DNA of 64,000 nucleotides. Origin: the human T2T-CHM13v2.0 reference genome, Homo sapiens. The translations under genes were made by a program, and so were the position numbers. Every line of letters starts with the position of its first letter. Position 1 is the first letter of the stretch. The DNA is taken from NCBI RefSeq assembly GCF_009914755.1, contig NC_060927.1. The stretch is one strand, 5' to 3'. A model generated the notes under the pieces. That model did no database searches, was not told where the DNA came from, and saw only the letters and a list, made by a program, of their open reading frames with translations. Positions 38,470 through 52,443 of the stretch are shown here, one piece after another.

Positions 38470-41400
38470 TTTTAAATGTCCTTTCTCACTGAGGTGGGTA
38501 AGAGGAGTGCAGGGTTCTCAGGGGTACCAACCAGGCAAGGCCCAGCTGTTATCCCCAGTGGCTAACATAATGTAGTCAAGGTTCATTCATCACTCATCTA
38601 GTACTTATTGAGTCCCTACTGACCTGAGCCATGCATGGGTCTAGGCCCTGGGGATAGAGCAGCCAAGAAAACATCATCATTTCCTGCCTTCAAGAAGCTT
38701 CATTTGCATATGGCACGAAAGGCTGGCCCACAGTCGTTCTGATACAGAGCTAGAGCCTTTAGAGAGCTAAGGGGCTAGCCCTCAACCAGTGCTTCATTTT
38801 TCATATGTATATTAATGTTTTCTCCCTGTCAAGCTTGCAAGATACCCCAAGAGTATGTGTTGTCCAGAGGCAGTAGAGCCACCCAGGGTGGGAGCAGATG
38901 AATGTGAGCCTAGCCTCAAGAGTAGCACTTGACCCTGTTGCTGAGACACTTGTTGTGCACCCCTGGACCAGCAGCTCCCACTTTGGCCCATTTCTTTGTT
39001 GACAAAGTAGGGATGATGCTATGTGCTTGTCTCCTAGGGATGCCTGTGAATCATTCACCAGTCACTATTGGAAAAGTCCATTTCAGACGTAAGGGCAAGT
39101 CAATGAAATGAGCTTTGCAACTTGCCTCTGCACAGCTAACTTGCTGCTAGCCTTTCAGGAGACCCACGTGTAAACACAGGACCGTGTAATTAACCTGATG
39201 TCAACACCAGCTGTACAAAGGCACAAGGCTAAGGGGAGTCAGGTGGCCCAGGAGAGAGACAATCAGCAAACTTTGGGAGAGAAAGAGCCCTTTTCTCTGG
39301 CTTTTTATTCACATCCCTTTAAGGGAGGAATGACCTACCAAATGTGTGTAAACAGTTTCCGGGACTGGTGAGTTTCATTCACACAGAAAGAACAGAAAGT
39401 TACCCTGGAAGGCATTTATTTTCTGAGAGGCCATGGGCAGCCAGCGGCTGTGGGCACTTATCCAGGTTCTTCAGGTGGAAGCCTGAATTGCCCCCAGCAA
39501 ATAATTTGAGATGGTGGTGTCTGTTGTGCTAAGTAGGGCATGGAAGATGCACTGTGTTTGGTCCTGGCGGCTGCTGACAGAGTTGGGGGAGAGGTGGAAT
39601 TTAATGGTTAAATTTCTATCCCCCATTTTTCCCAATGTTTTTCTTCACATGGGAAAAACCTAGATATTTTGATGAGATGATTTATAGTGAATAAAGCAAC
39701 TTGAAAATTGAAGGAGTGAAAGAAAGCCATGTTGTTATTATAGCAACAAAAATTGTAAAAGTGAATTCAACATGAGGCTAAAACATAAAGAGCTTTGAAG
39801 AATGTCAGGGCAAGACGTGGCATTGCTAAGGACTTCTTGTTTCCACAGTTTAAAGGAAAACTTTTTAAATCAACTTGTTATCCCTCCTCCCCTCAGAAAT
39901 AATGTAAAGCTTATCTTAAGAAAGGTAGAGCATCCTAGCAAAGGAGGAAATGTTTTGGGTTTAAGCTAATATAAATTAGGAGCCAGACCTCTTGCTTATC
40001 TGTGACTAGTAGCCAACTGTCCACCAACCCTTCCTGCCTTCATTCCTTTTCTTCTTTTTCTTCTTGTCCTTACTCCCTTCTCTCCCCCTCTTCTAATCAG
40101 GATTAACAGGTTTTAGTAGTTGAAGTAAAAATGGACACCTTTTTGACCTCTCTGTCCTCTAAGATGTTCAAAGTGCATCACATGCCTAGAGTGACTGAAA
40201 AGTAACAAGACAGAGTTCCAGATCTGGCTCTGGGAGATCAGTCCCATCACTTTGTGGTCACAGGGCACTGTTTGGGGGATTATCAGCGTCCAGAGAGGGA
40301 GTTGGGCAGGCAGGCAAGTGACCCGGCAGGAATGTGAGTATGTGGCAAGCAGTGCTCTGAGTTAGTTTCACAGTAAGCTGCCCTCATTGCCTTCACTATG
40401 GGAAAGCCATCCCTTTAGAGCACCTGGAAGGCACAGGGACATGGCAGAGGGACCAGGTGCTGCACAGCCTTCTCAGGACAAGGTGTCTGGCTGCAAGGTT
40501 TCCTGGCAAATTCCACACAGTAAGAACAAGACAACAAAACCAATCACTGCTGCCATGGACTTGAGCCCTTGTGCCTTCTTTCTCTCAATCCCAGACTTCC
40601 TGAGACTTCAGTGGGTGCCTCAGAACCTGCTGCAACATGCCATTCCTAACAGCACACTCCCCTCCAGAGGAGCCATCTTTTGCCCTGGATTCATAGAATA
40701 AGAACTAGATGATGATGAATCCTGACTTCAATTCTGAACAGTCAGCAGAGATGAACTCTGAACTACATTGGTGGTTGTGTGTTTTTTCCCTTCCTTTTCA
40801 AATTTTGTTTGTATGGGCTCTGGTCATTCTTTGTGAAACTGATCCATTTTTTATTCAACAGTTAACTTATGAACAAACAAACATTGGGAGCTGTAAGTTC
40901 TCACTGGGGTTGTTAGTATATTAGAGTGATGATTTAAGAGCAACGAGCCTTAGAAACGGCCAAACACAAGGACCACATGTCAGCTTGTCAACATGCTAAC
41001 ACCTGCGAGGTCTTTTGGGAATGGAGAAGTCACAAATGAATGTGCTTCATACTCTCAAATGGCAAACTTTTGACCCAGCACACCAGGCCCAGGATTTCAG
41101 CCTCACAGTGCTTTCTTCACTCCGATAGGAGCTTCTTGGACACGTAGGTTTCTGCACACGATGTGCAATGGCTAGAAGGACATGTTGGATGTGACTCTGC
41201 TGTGTGGTTTTTCCAGTATCACACTGTTCCTGTGCTCAGACCAGCAAGGTTCCTTTGCTTTTCGTGAAAACACATCTGTTGGACTTAACCTTCCAATACC
41301 ACTGATAGCATGTTACCACAGCTGTTAGGAACTATCTGGCCCAGGCAGTGGACTTGTTTGTAGATACACCACACAGACCTATGGGACTGCATTGGGATGA

Positions 41401-41808
41401 ATTTTGTACAGTTAGAACTTTGGGAAAAAGTCATTACTGCTTATCCATTTGTCAGGGATAAGTGCTGACTTACACGGGGTTTTCCTAGTGTATTTTTTTC
41501 CTTCCCCAAAAAGGTGGCATTATCTTTTAGAAGGTTTAAAAAATACTAAGCATAGGTTACCATAGAAATTATTATATTTCTTACCACTTAAAAAAATTAA
41601 ACAGAATTACAAGAAGGCAGAGCAATGTGTTGATAATTGTAGGAGCTAGGGAATAACTATGAGGAGGGCTATTATGCTATTTTCTATATTTTTATGTATG
41701 TTTGAAAGCATTTAAATAAAAATTTTTTAAAGACTCTGAACACCCAATTGAAGTGATATAAAGACAATTTTTTTCTTTATTCAACTCAACTACTATTAAG
41801 AATTATCA

Positions 41809-41980
41809 GGCCGGGCACAATAGCCTGTACCTCTAGTCCTAACTTTTCAGGAGGCTGAGGTAGGGAGACCATTTGAGGCCAGGAGTTTAAGACTGTATTT
41901 TGCTATGATTGTGCCTGTGAAGAGCCACTGCACTCCAACCTGGGCAATATAGAAAGACCACATCTCTTTAAAAAAGAAAA
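41809..41980 (+). mobile_element. Alu monomer (FAM/FRAM-like)
   Basis: ggccgggcacaatagcctgta...ccactgcactccaacctgggcaatatag + A-rich tail; single arm. Confidence 0.75.
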
Positions 41981-44187
41981 TTAAAGGATTATTAACTGAA
42001 CGTTTGGAGGATATTCTATGTGCCAGGCTTTTATATGCATGATTTCTAAGCCTCACAACAACCCTGCAAAAACTGGATAATTGATCCAATTTACAGGTGA
42101 CATTCATGGGAGCTAAATGATTAGCTCAAGCCACTTGTCTAGTAACAGAGTCAAGAATTAAACTCAGATCTTTCCATAAGAAGAACAACTTTCCACAACT
42201 CCATTCTGCCTTTAGCTTTGTGTGAATGCAGAGTAGGTGATCACCTAGACCAGTGATTTCCAAGCTCAGCTGGTCACAAGAATGGTGCAGAACACAGACT
42301 TTTAGGTCCCGCTCCTAAAGAGCAAAGGTCAAGAGTAAGGCTGGGGAAAGTCGAGTTTTACCCTCAGGTGATTCTCATGGGGAGAATTTAGGAAATGACT
42401 ATACTATACAGTTCTTCTTGATTGCTGAGTCTTGTATTCCTCCCTCCCCTACAGCCAAAAAAGAAACTTGCTCCCTTCAAAGTGTCTTTAGAAGTTGTCT
42501 TTTAAAATGTATTGCTTCTGGGCAGCATAGACCATTACAACACAGTCTACTTCATTTCCTTTGAATTAATTCATTACATAGCTGCTTTTCCCCTGTTGGG
42601 AGAGGATGTAACATCCTAAGAGCATGGAACATCTCCTGCAGGGGAATTATTAAAAGATGATAAAAGGTTGCAAAACAGAGGGTGTGGAAAATCCAAGGTC
42701 CTTTCCTTTGCAATTTCATCTAAGACCAGCCAGCACCACATGCTTATGGGTGTACATTTGATCACTGTACATTGTAAAGTCTGAAAATAAAAGAAATCTC
42801 ATTGAAAGAGAGCATCATGCCCCCAATTTCTATGGAATATTTGAATCCAGTAATCAGTTCTGTTTTGCAAAGGCCAATTTTGATATCTGAATTTTCTTCC
42901 TCATTGCCTATTCTTGACTAGTGTAGTATTTGCTGAACGGATGCAAGGGTCAGTCCCAGGCCAGAAAGAAAGTGGATGTATTAGAATTGCCAAGGGTCAG
43001 AAAGAGAAGCATTTCACATAATAGGTCTGAGTTCCAGAAAACCATGAAATTCCTGAGCTCTTTGGAGACACTGGCATTCAAAGAGGGATGGATTATCGCA
43101 GCTTCTTTTCATGTCTCAGGGGACTGCATTGGGTTGTGAAAATCTGCAAGAATGAACACACGCACACACACACACACACACACCACCTAAGAAAACCACG
43201 TAATCTCAGTGACTCCTGACAGTCTTTGACAAAGGTTTATCCCTCTCAATACCATATTCACCCCCAGTGAGAGCGATCCAGAGGGCTTTTTAACACACCA
43301 CTGTGAGAGATGAAAACACACACAGGCTTTTTTTCCCATTTGTTTGCTTCTCAAGGCTAAGAAAACATTCAAGCTGATGGTTTCTTCTCTCAGCCAGCTG
43401 AATCAAGGGCAGAGGGATAGTGAATAAGGTCTGCACTGACCTCAAGTCCAAAGATGGCAGCCTTCTTCAAAGAAAGACTTCCTTGAATGTGTCTGTGTAA
43501 TCTTGAAACAGGGGATGAGGGTGGTTTAGGTCTGTGGGCACCCAGAGTAGGAATGGATCTTGTATCCTTCCAACCAGCATGCTAGGTTGGCTGGGGAAAT
43601 GACTCAGACACATCACAGAGATGCTGGGGTTCACTATCAGCGATCACTCTGAGAAGAGACTGTATGGCCAACTGCTGTCAGAGTCTTCTCCTCTTGGGCC
43701 CTGTAGGCATCCAACGGGGACAGTGGCTGTTCCAATAGACAATCTCCTCAGAACCATTTATATCATTATATGACCTTAGAGGCCCAGGCCTCCATGCATA
43801 TAAAATCTTCGGCCTGGAAAGCCCCCTGGAGCCACCTCACTGTTGTGCCTGCTCATAGGAAAAGACAGATTTCGTAAGTGAACTTTCCACTTATCCCTTT
43901 AAGCTCTAAAATGTCTCTGGTAAGCTATTTTGAAGGAAACATTTCTAATCTAGGTTATCTACTATCCTGTTTGATTAAATAGATGTTAAACATAACTCAA
44001 CAGTTTCTTAATAACTTGATGTCACCCTTAAGCTTGAGTTTTCCCATCTGTAAAAATGGATAAAACAATAGCCCTGACTTTATAGAGTTATTGTCAGGAT
44101 TGAGTGAGACATGACATATAAAGTGCTCAGTCCAGAGCTGTACCCACCATCAGTGTTAAATAAATAGCAGCAAGAATCAGGACACCA

Positions 44188-46140
44188 GAAGTCCTAGCCA
44201 GAACAATCAGAAAAGATAAATAAAGAAAAGGCATCCAGGTAGGAAAAGAAGTAAAACTCTGTTTGCTGACAATCTGCTTCTATACCTAGAAAACTCCAAA
44301 GACTCCACCAAAAGGCTGCTGGAATTGATGAATGACTTCAGTAAAGTTTAAGGATACAAAATCACTGTACAAAAATCAATAGCATTTCTATATATCAATA
44401 ACATTCAAGCTGAGAGCCATATCAAGAATGTAATCTCATTTACAATAGCAACACATACAAAAAATAAAATACCTAGGAATATATCTAACCAAGAAGGTGA
44501 AAGATCTGTACAAGAACTGCAAAACACTGCTGAAAAAAAATTATAGATAACACAAACAAATGGAAAAACGTTACTGCTCATGGATTGGAAGAATCAATAT
44601 TGTTGAAATGACCATACTGCCCAAAGCAATCTACAGATTCAATGTTATTCCTATCAAACTACCAATATCATTTTGCACGGAATTAGAAAAAAACTATTCT
44701 AAAATTCACATGGAACCAAAAAAAGTGAATAACCAAAGCAATTCTAAGCAAAAAGAACAAAGCCAGAGGCATCACATGACCTGACTTCAAACTATACTAC
44801 AGTTATAGCTACAATAACTAAAACAGCATGGTGGTACTGGTACAAAAAGACACATAGACCAATGGAACAGAAAAGAGAACCCAGAAATAAAGCTGCACAC
44901 TTAACCATCTGATCTTTGACAAAGTCAACAGAAATAAGCAAGGTGGAAAGGATGCCCTATTCAATACCTTTTCCATATACAAAAGTTAACTAAGTCATTG
45001 AATAAAGATTTCAATGCAAGACCTCAAACTATAAGAATCCTAGGAAAAAATCTAGGAAATACCCTTCTGCACCTTAGCCTTGGGAAAGAATTTATGGCTA
45101 AGTCCTCAAAAGCAACTGCAACAAAAGCAAAAATTGACAAGTGGGCCTGATTAAACTAAAGAGCTTCTGCATAGCAAAAGAAACTATCAATGGAGCAAAC
45201 AGACAATCTAAAGAATGGAAGAAAATATTCACAAACTATCTATCTGACTAAGGTCTAATATTCAGAATCTATAACGAACTTAATTCAACAAGAAAAAAAA
45301 CAACCCCATTAGAAAGTGGGCAAAAGACATGAAGAGACACTTCTCAAAAGAAGACATACAACAAGCCAACAAACATATGAAAAAATGCTCCACATCACTA
45401 ATCATCAGAGAAATACAAATCAAAACCACAATGAGATACCATCTCACACCAGTCAGAAGGGCTACTATTAAAAAGTCAAAAATAACAGATGCCGGCTGGG
45501 CTGCAGAGAAAAAGGAATGCTTATACACTGTTGGTGGGAATGTAAATTAGTTCAGCCACTGTTGAAAGCAGCTTGGAGATTTCTCAAAAAACTTAAAACA
45601 GAACAACCATTCAACCTAGTGGCTCTATTACTGGGTATATATCCAAAAGAAAATAAATCATTCTACCAAAAAGACACGTTCACTCATGTTAATTACAGCA
45701 TTATTCACAATAGAAAAGACATTAAATCAACTTAGGTACCCATCAATAGTGGACTGGATAAAGAAATATGGTACATATACACCATGGAATACCGTGCAGC
45801 CATAAAAAGGAATGAAATCACATCCTTTGCAGCAACATGGATGCAGCTGAAGGCCATTATCCTAAACAACTTAATACAGGAACAGAAAACCAAATACCGC
45901 ATGTTCTCACTTATAAGTGGGAGCTAAACATTGAGTACTCATGGATATAAAGATGGCAACAATAGACACTGGGGACTACTAGAGGGGGGAGGGAGGGCAG
46001 CAAGGGTTGCAAAATGAACTATTGGGTACCATGCTCCTATCTGGGTGACAGGATCATTTGTATCCCAAACCTCAGCATTACTCAATATACCCATATAACA
46101 AACCTGCAGGTACCCCCTGAATCTAAAATAAAAGCTGAAA
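44188..46140 (+). mobile_element. 5'-truncated L1 (older L1PA/L1PB type), ORF2 3' part and 3' UTR
   Basis: ORF2 remnants [54 protein letters not shown]; internal deletion near 44965; possible degenerate TSD GAATCAGGACACCA (44174-44187) / GAACCAGGATACCA (46233-46246). Confidence 0.93.
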
Positions 46141-46142
46141 TT

Positions 46143-46179
46143 ATGTATATGTAAATTTTATATGTATACATATATACAT

Positions 46180-46230
<51 letters not shown>

Positions 46231-46231
46231 G
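46143..46231. repeat. (TA)n/(CA)n compound microsatellite at the L1 tail
   Basis: Directly visible; pure CA run at 46185-46221. Confidence 0.95.
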
Positions 46232-47406
46232 TGAACCAGGATACCATCACAGTCATGGCAAACCAAACTATCAGATATCATCTCTGTTGGCAACACAGTG
46301 ACTGTCTCTAACAGCTCCCGGCCACATTCTCATTCAGATTGTTGTTTCTTATTTGCTGCATACTGGGGAACCAGAAAAATCAAACACGTCCAGACCTATC
46401 TGTTTATATGATCAATTAGAATCAATGCAAGTCAAAGTGAATGCTTCGATATGTAGCTGTGTGTGTTATATTTGATCTGGAGAGACTTCCCCCAACCCAG
46501 GGATAGAGTCTGCATTTTGAAGGGTGGAATATATCATAAATTAGTTATCCATGGTCTAGTTATCCATGAGCTATTACTGTACTTATTACTCCCTGCATAT
46601 ACAAGGCCATATTTCTCTTTAATAAAGTAGTTTTAATCACATATCTTTGAGATCTTGTTTGAAGTTTGTGTTTTCACCTTCTGGCAGAGACATGCTAGAG
46701 GACACTGGAAGTGATGTCATCAATATAAAACAAAGCCATGGCTCCTTGGAGGACCATCCAGACATAGAGATACTAGATGAATATCAAGCCAGGAGAAATC
46801 TCTAGTCTTAACTGTGCAAAAACAAATCTCACAGAGGAATAAATTTACCTCTGACCCTGTAAGAAGGGTAATGGAAAATAATGATATGTTTCTGGGTTGG
46901 AAGTTTGGCATTGGCTGCATTCATCATAAGGGGGTCAGTGTAATATCATGTAAGTGTCCATTATGAAGCCAGATAGATACAGATGTGCTTTTGCAGTCAA
47001 CTGTGGTTGATTATGCTAGCTTAGCACCATTCACTCTTCTTTTGCTAACAGCACTCCAGTCCAGAAGTGGGTAAGTGACTGAAGCCTGGCCAATCAGAAT
47101 AACCTATCTTAAAGGGCTCACAGTGATTGTTTCAGATATAAATATTCTAACCAGTGAAAGCTTACTGGGATTTTATTGGTGCTAACAGAAAAGTCTCCTT
47201 TTAAACTGGAGATGCAAGCCTAAAGCTGCTTGTGGCCATCTTGCTGATCTGAGCATCAAACAGAACCCCATGTAAGCCCTTTTATCCAGCAATATCAACA
47301 CTTTTCAATTATATATGCAAGTTCTCTTTTGATTTTTTTTTTTGAGCTAGTTTGAGTTGGGTTTTGGTCACTTGCAACTGAGAGATTTCTAATAATACAG
47401 TCTGAA

Positions 47407-48211
47407 CACTTCTCAAAAGAAGACATTTATGCAGCCAACAACAACAACAAAAAAGCCCATCGTCACTGCTCGATAGAATGCACATCAAAACCACAATGAG
47501 ATACCATCTCACGCCAGTTAGAATGGCGATCATTAAAAAGTCAGGAAACAACAGATGCTGGAGAAGATGTGGAGAAATAGGAATGCTTTTACACTGTTGG
47601 TGGGAGTGTAAATTAATTCAACCATTGTGGAAGACAGTGTGGCGATTCCCCAAGGATCTAGAACCAGAAATACCATTTGACCCAGCAATCCCATTACTGG
47701 GTATATACCCAAAGGATTATAATTATTCTACTATAAAGACACATGCACACATATGTTTATTGTGGCACTGCTCACAATAGCAAAGACTTGGAACCAACCA
47801 AAATGCCCATCAATGATAGACTGGATAAAGAAAATGTGGCACATATACACCATGGAATACTATGCAGCCATAAAAAAGGATGAGTTCATGTCCTTTGCAG
47901 GGACATGGATGAAGATGGAAACCATCATTCTCAGCAAACTAACACAGGAACAGAAAACCAAACACCACGTTCTCACTCATAAGTGGGAGTTGAACAATGA
48001 GAACACATGGACACAGGGAGGGAAACATCACACACCGGGGCCTGTTGGGGGTTGGGGGGCTAGGGGAAGGATAGCATTAGGAGAAATACCTAATGTATAT
48101 GACGGGTTAATGGGTGCAGCAAACCACCATGGCACATGTATACCTATGTAACAAACCTGCAAGTTCTGCACACGTATCCCAGAACTTAAAGTATAATAAA
48201 TTTTTTTAAAA
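47407..48211 (+). mobile_element. 5'-truncated L1PA (about PA6-8), ~800 bp
   Basis: [58 protein letters not shown]; ends agaacttaaagtataataaa; TSD AATACAGTCTGAA at 47394-47406 and 48243-48255. Confidence 0.95.
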
Positions 48212-48284
48212 GGCGTTCTTATAGTACATTTAAGATGAAAAAAATACAGTCTGAAAATTTACAGCTCTTATCTCTGTGTGTCCT

Positions 48285-48514
48285 CATGGTAGCCAGCCTC
48301 CAAGATGGCCCCCAAATGAACTTTGCTTACTACCATTCAAATGCCTGAGTAGTCCCCTCCCACACTGACTTATGGCTGGGCTGTGTTACAATTGAAGACA
48401 GCAGAAGTAATACTGTGTGACTTCCAAATGTAGGTTAAAAAAAAATGCACTGCAACTTCTCCCTTGACTATTTGAATTGCTCATCCTGGGGGAAGTTAGC
48501 CACAGTACTGGAAG

Positions 48515-48564
<50 letters not shown>

Positions 48565-48853
48565 ATGTGAAGAAGTTCATGTTGAGGAAATTAAGACCTC
48601 CTACTAATAGCCAATATCAGTTAGCCAGCCATATCAGTGAGCCACATTGGAAGCGGATCCTTCAGCCCCAGTCAACCTTTGCAAACAACCTTGCAGTCGT
48701 GACCGTATCCTCATGAGAGATCCTGAACTAGAACCCCCGCCTACCAATTAGAGTCCAAATTCTTAACCCACCACTGTGAGAGATAATAAGTAGTTGTTGT
48801 TGTTTTAGGTCACTATATTTTGGAGGGATTTGTTACACAGCATTAGATAACAC
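48285..48853 (+). mobile_element. MaLR LTR (MLT1F-H-like) containing (CA)n at 48516-48563
   Basis: tggtagccagcctccaagatggccccca...gtgagagataataag...tttgttacacagcattagataac. Confidence 0.78.
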
Positions 48854-49359
48854 AGACTTCTGCTACTTCTCATCCCCTACCCCTGATGGGAAAAACAAGA
48901 CTCTGTCGTAATGTGTACTTCCCAGGCTTTTGTCCTTCCAAGTCTCACTCCGTTTCTGAGAGTTCCCAGAAGGGAGGCGACTGCCACAGTGAAATCCCTC
49001 CCACCATGTGCCATCACCTTCTCTGAGGATCACCATCCTCTGTCTGGGCACTGCCATCGCTTCCGCAGGGATCTGTACCCAGTGACTGGACTATCCTCTG
49101 GCTCCAAAGCCTCCTCCATAGCAGCTCTCAAGTTTCCAAAGCAGAGTTCAGGCCTCATGGACTTTTGTGAGCCTAGGGCTCACTGTGTCCCCTGCAGTAA
49201 TGGGGCTTCTTCTCTTCCTCTTTCTGTTCTATCACTTTAAACTTTGACTTGCCCATGAAGTTTGGAATGTGAAATTTTGTACATTCTAAATGATATCTTG
49301 GCAGTCCGTCTTGGTCATGATCTCTTTAATCATTGGAACTAATAGCATTTTCTTTCACA

Positions 49360-49560
49360 CAGAGCTGCTTAACAGAATTTTTTGTGAAGATGGAAATATT
49401 CTGCGTCTTTCAATATACAGATTCAATACAGTAGCCACTAGGCACATGTGATTACTAAGCATTTGAAATGTGACTAGTGTAATATAAGAATTGAATTTTC
49501 AATGATATTTAGGTAGCCACATGTGACTAGTGGCTTCTGCATTAAACAGCGCAGCTTTAG
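49360..49560. mobile_element. MER3/MER33-like hAT MITE
   Basis: gatggaaatattct...gtagccactaggcacatgtg..tactaagcatttgaaatgtgactagt...tagccacatgtgactagtggct. Confidence 0.75.
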
Positions 49561-51066
49561 ATGCAGTGGTTGGCAAGTAAAAAACTTCCTCTTGACCGGA
49601 GTTTGCAATAAGATAAATGTGACTTGAGAGCAATGCTTTAACACCAATGTTTTATCCAATTTTAATAAAAGTGGCTCTTTCACTTATTTCGGTACCTCCT
49701 CCCATCTTCTTTGCAGGACTCAGATAGGAGCCCAGGGCTGACTAATCCCACCATCCTCCAGACTTGTCCACACACAACTGAAGCCCAGTGACGGGTGTGA
49801 CTCTCTTTCAAATGGATACTCTGCTATAGCTACAATCAAACCTAGAATCTCAGGGTGGGAAAGGATGTGGAAGCATACGTAATCCACACTTCCATAGGCC
49901 CCTCGCTGTTTATGATTCTGGAATTGTTTACTGGGCAGTCCCAACTCAGCAGAGCCTAAACAAAATGGCTTTACTATTTCCAATCACTATCTTCCAATTT
50001 GATTTGCTCCTAACAAATAAAAAGCAAAAGTCTTTTCCCTGAGCACATTGTAGATAGATTCCTTTACTCTTGTCACTTTCAAACACTAAACTGAGGTCGA
50101 TTCACTCTAAAACCTCTTTCTCATATCTAATTCAGAATGCTCTCTGGCCTACTTCCCTCATTCAGTTTTAAAATCCTCCAGGTGTTGGAGTGGGATGGTG
50201 TAGGAAAGAGGGGACCACACCATTCCCTGATGTGGAAGATCCAGCTTGAAAGGACGTCTTCTGCCACTTCTCAGCAACGCTCTGGTGGCACACCCCACAG
50301 CCTATTGTTTCTGGGTCCCTATGCCCAGTGGGCAGGCCTCTTGGGTAGATCTTGACAAGAGAGTTCAAGACTCACACTTTCTCCAGGTGCAAACCACTCC
50401 TCAGCTGCCCTCTCTCTTCAGTTCACTTTCTCCTGCTCAGGTAGGCAAAGGGGGAAACCTGCAAGTCCATAGCTGAAGCAGATGTCCAGCTGGGGAATGA
50501 GGTGCTGCACTCCCCTTCTTGCAGCCCCTCCCCCATTTCTTTTGCCTTGGGGCAGGAGTGGACAGTGGGGAATAGGAAGTCTCTTCCTACTATAAACCTT
50601 GCCCAAGGCTGTTGACCTAGATGACTTCTTTCTGCTCTTCTCCATACAGAAGGAGCAGTGAGGTGGTAGGGATAGGAGCGGGGTTGACTGTGGAAGCCTA
50701 ATCAGCTGCCTAGGGAAACAGTATCTGACCCTGGTATCTGAGATCTCTTTTGAATGTGAGGCATTTAGCACCTCTTCTTTTCAGCAGGACCCTAGATACC
50801 AGGTCCAAAGAAGCAGACAACCTCATTCCACCAACCATACTTATTGTCTTGGGCAGGAAGTGTGGATCTTGGTAAGCTGCTTATGGTCTTGTGTGAGCTT
50901 CTGGCAGAAGGGCTATAGGCAGAAGCCGGCTTTGGTGGGGCATGTCTGAAGATCAGAAGCTGGACAGAAACCCCAGCACCAGGAGTAGCTCCCTGGATTC
51001 TCAGGCAGTATCACCCCTGTTCTGGGGTCCTCACATTGGGCAATGACTGCCCTGCTGCCTTGCTAG

Positions 51067-52443
51067 TGAGAGGTGACAGCGTGCTGGCAGTCCTCACAGC
51101 CCTCGCTCGCTCTCGGTGCCTCCTCTGCCTGGGCTCCCACTTTGGCGGCACTTGAGGAGCCCTTCAGCCCACGGCTGCACTGTGGGAGCCCCTTTCTGGG
51201 CTGGCCAAGGCCGGAGCCGGCTCCCTCAGCTTGCAGGGAGGTGTGGAGGGAGAGGCGCGAGCGGGAACCGGGGCTGCGCGCCGCGCTTGCGCGCCAGCTG
51301 GAGTTCCGGGTGGGCGTCGGCTTGGCGGACCCCGCACTTGGAACAGCCGGCTGGCCCTACCGGCCCCGGGCAATGAGGGGCTTAGCACCTGGGCCAGCGG
51401 CTGCAGAGGGTGTACTGGGTCCCCCAGCAGTGCCAGCCCACCGGCGCTGCGCTCAATTCCTCGCCTGTCCTTAGCTGCCTTCCCGTGGGGCAGGGCTCGG
51501 GACCTGCAGCCGCCATGCCTGAGCCTCCCATACCCTCCGTGGGCTCCTGTGCGGCCCGAGCCTCCCCGACGAGTGCCACCCCCTGCTCCATGGCGCCCAG
51601 TCCCATCGACCACCCAAGGGCTGAGGAGTGCAGGTGCACGGTGCGGGACTAGCAGGCAGCTCCACCTGCATCCCCTGTGCGGGATCCACTGGGTGAAGCC
51701 AGCTGGGCTCCTGAGTCTGGTGGGGACATGGAGGACCTTTATGTCTAGCTCAGGGATTGTAAATACACCAATCGGCACTCTGTATCTAGCTCCAGGTTTG
51801 TAAAAACACCAATCAGCACCCTGTGTCTAGCTCAGGGTTTGTGAATGTGCCAATCTACACTCTGTATCTAGCTACTCTGGTGGGGCCTTGGAGAACCTTT
51901 GTGTCTAGCTCAGGGATTGTAAACACACCAATCAGCACCCTGTCAAAACAGACCACTGGGCTCTACCAATCAGCAGGATGTGGGTGGGGCCAGATAAGAA
52001 TAAAACCAGGCTGCCCCAGCCCGCAGTGGCAACCCGCTGGGGTTCCCTTCCACATTGTGGAAGTTTTGTTCTTTCGCTCTTTGCAATAAATCTTGCTACT
52101 GCTCACGCTTTGGGTCCACACTGCTTTTATGAGCTGTAACACTCACCACGAAGGTCTGTAGCTTCACTTCTGAAGCCAGCGCGACCACGAGCCCACCGGG
52201 AGGAATGAAAAACTCCAGACGCACTGCCTTAAGAGCTGTAACACTCCCCGCAAAGGTCTGCAGCTTCACTCCTGAGCCAGCGAGACCACGAACCCACCAG
52301 AAGGAAGAAACTCCGAACACATCTGAACATCAGAAGGAACAAGCTCCAGACGCACCACCTTAAGAGCTGTAACACTCACCGCGAGGGTCCGCGGCTTCAT
52401 TGTTAAAGTCAGTGAGACCAAGAACCCACCAATTCCAGACACA
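51067..52443 (+). mobile_element. Solo LTR12C (ERV9 LTR), 1377 bp
   Basis: TGAGAGGTGACAGCGTGCTGGC start, ...CCAATTCCAGACACA end, 4-bp TSD CTAG (51063-51066, 52444-52447); GC/CpG-rich U3, ~41-bp enhancer repeats, U5 repeats gagctgtaacactc. Confidence 0.95.
51740..52090 (+). promoter_or_regulatory. LTR12 enhancer/promoter: CCAAT (NF-Y) array, GATA, TATA-like AATAAA and LTR poly(A) signal
   Basis: CCAAT at 51768, 51809, 51850, 51928, 51966; AGATAAG next to AATAAA at 51999-52004; AATAAA at 52085-52090. Confidence 0.75.

Noticed and set aside
44560-48151. L1 ORF2 peptide ORFs as functional genes
   Set aside because: Fragmented, 5'-truncated elements with stops and frameshifts.
51740-52400. Regularly spaced repeats superficially like a CRISPR array
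   Set aside because: Standard LTR12 U3 and U5 internal tandem repeats in a eukaryotic genome; no unique spacers or cas genes.
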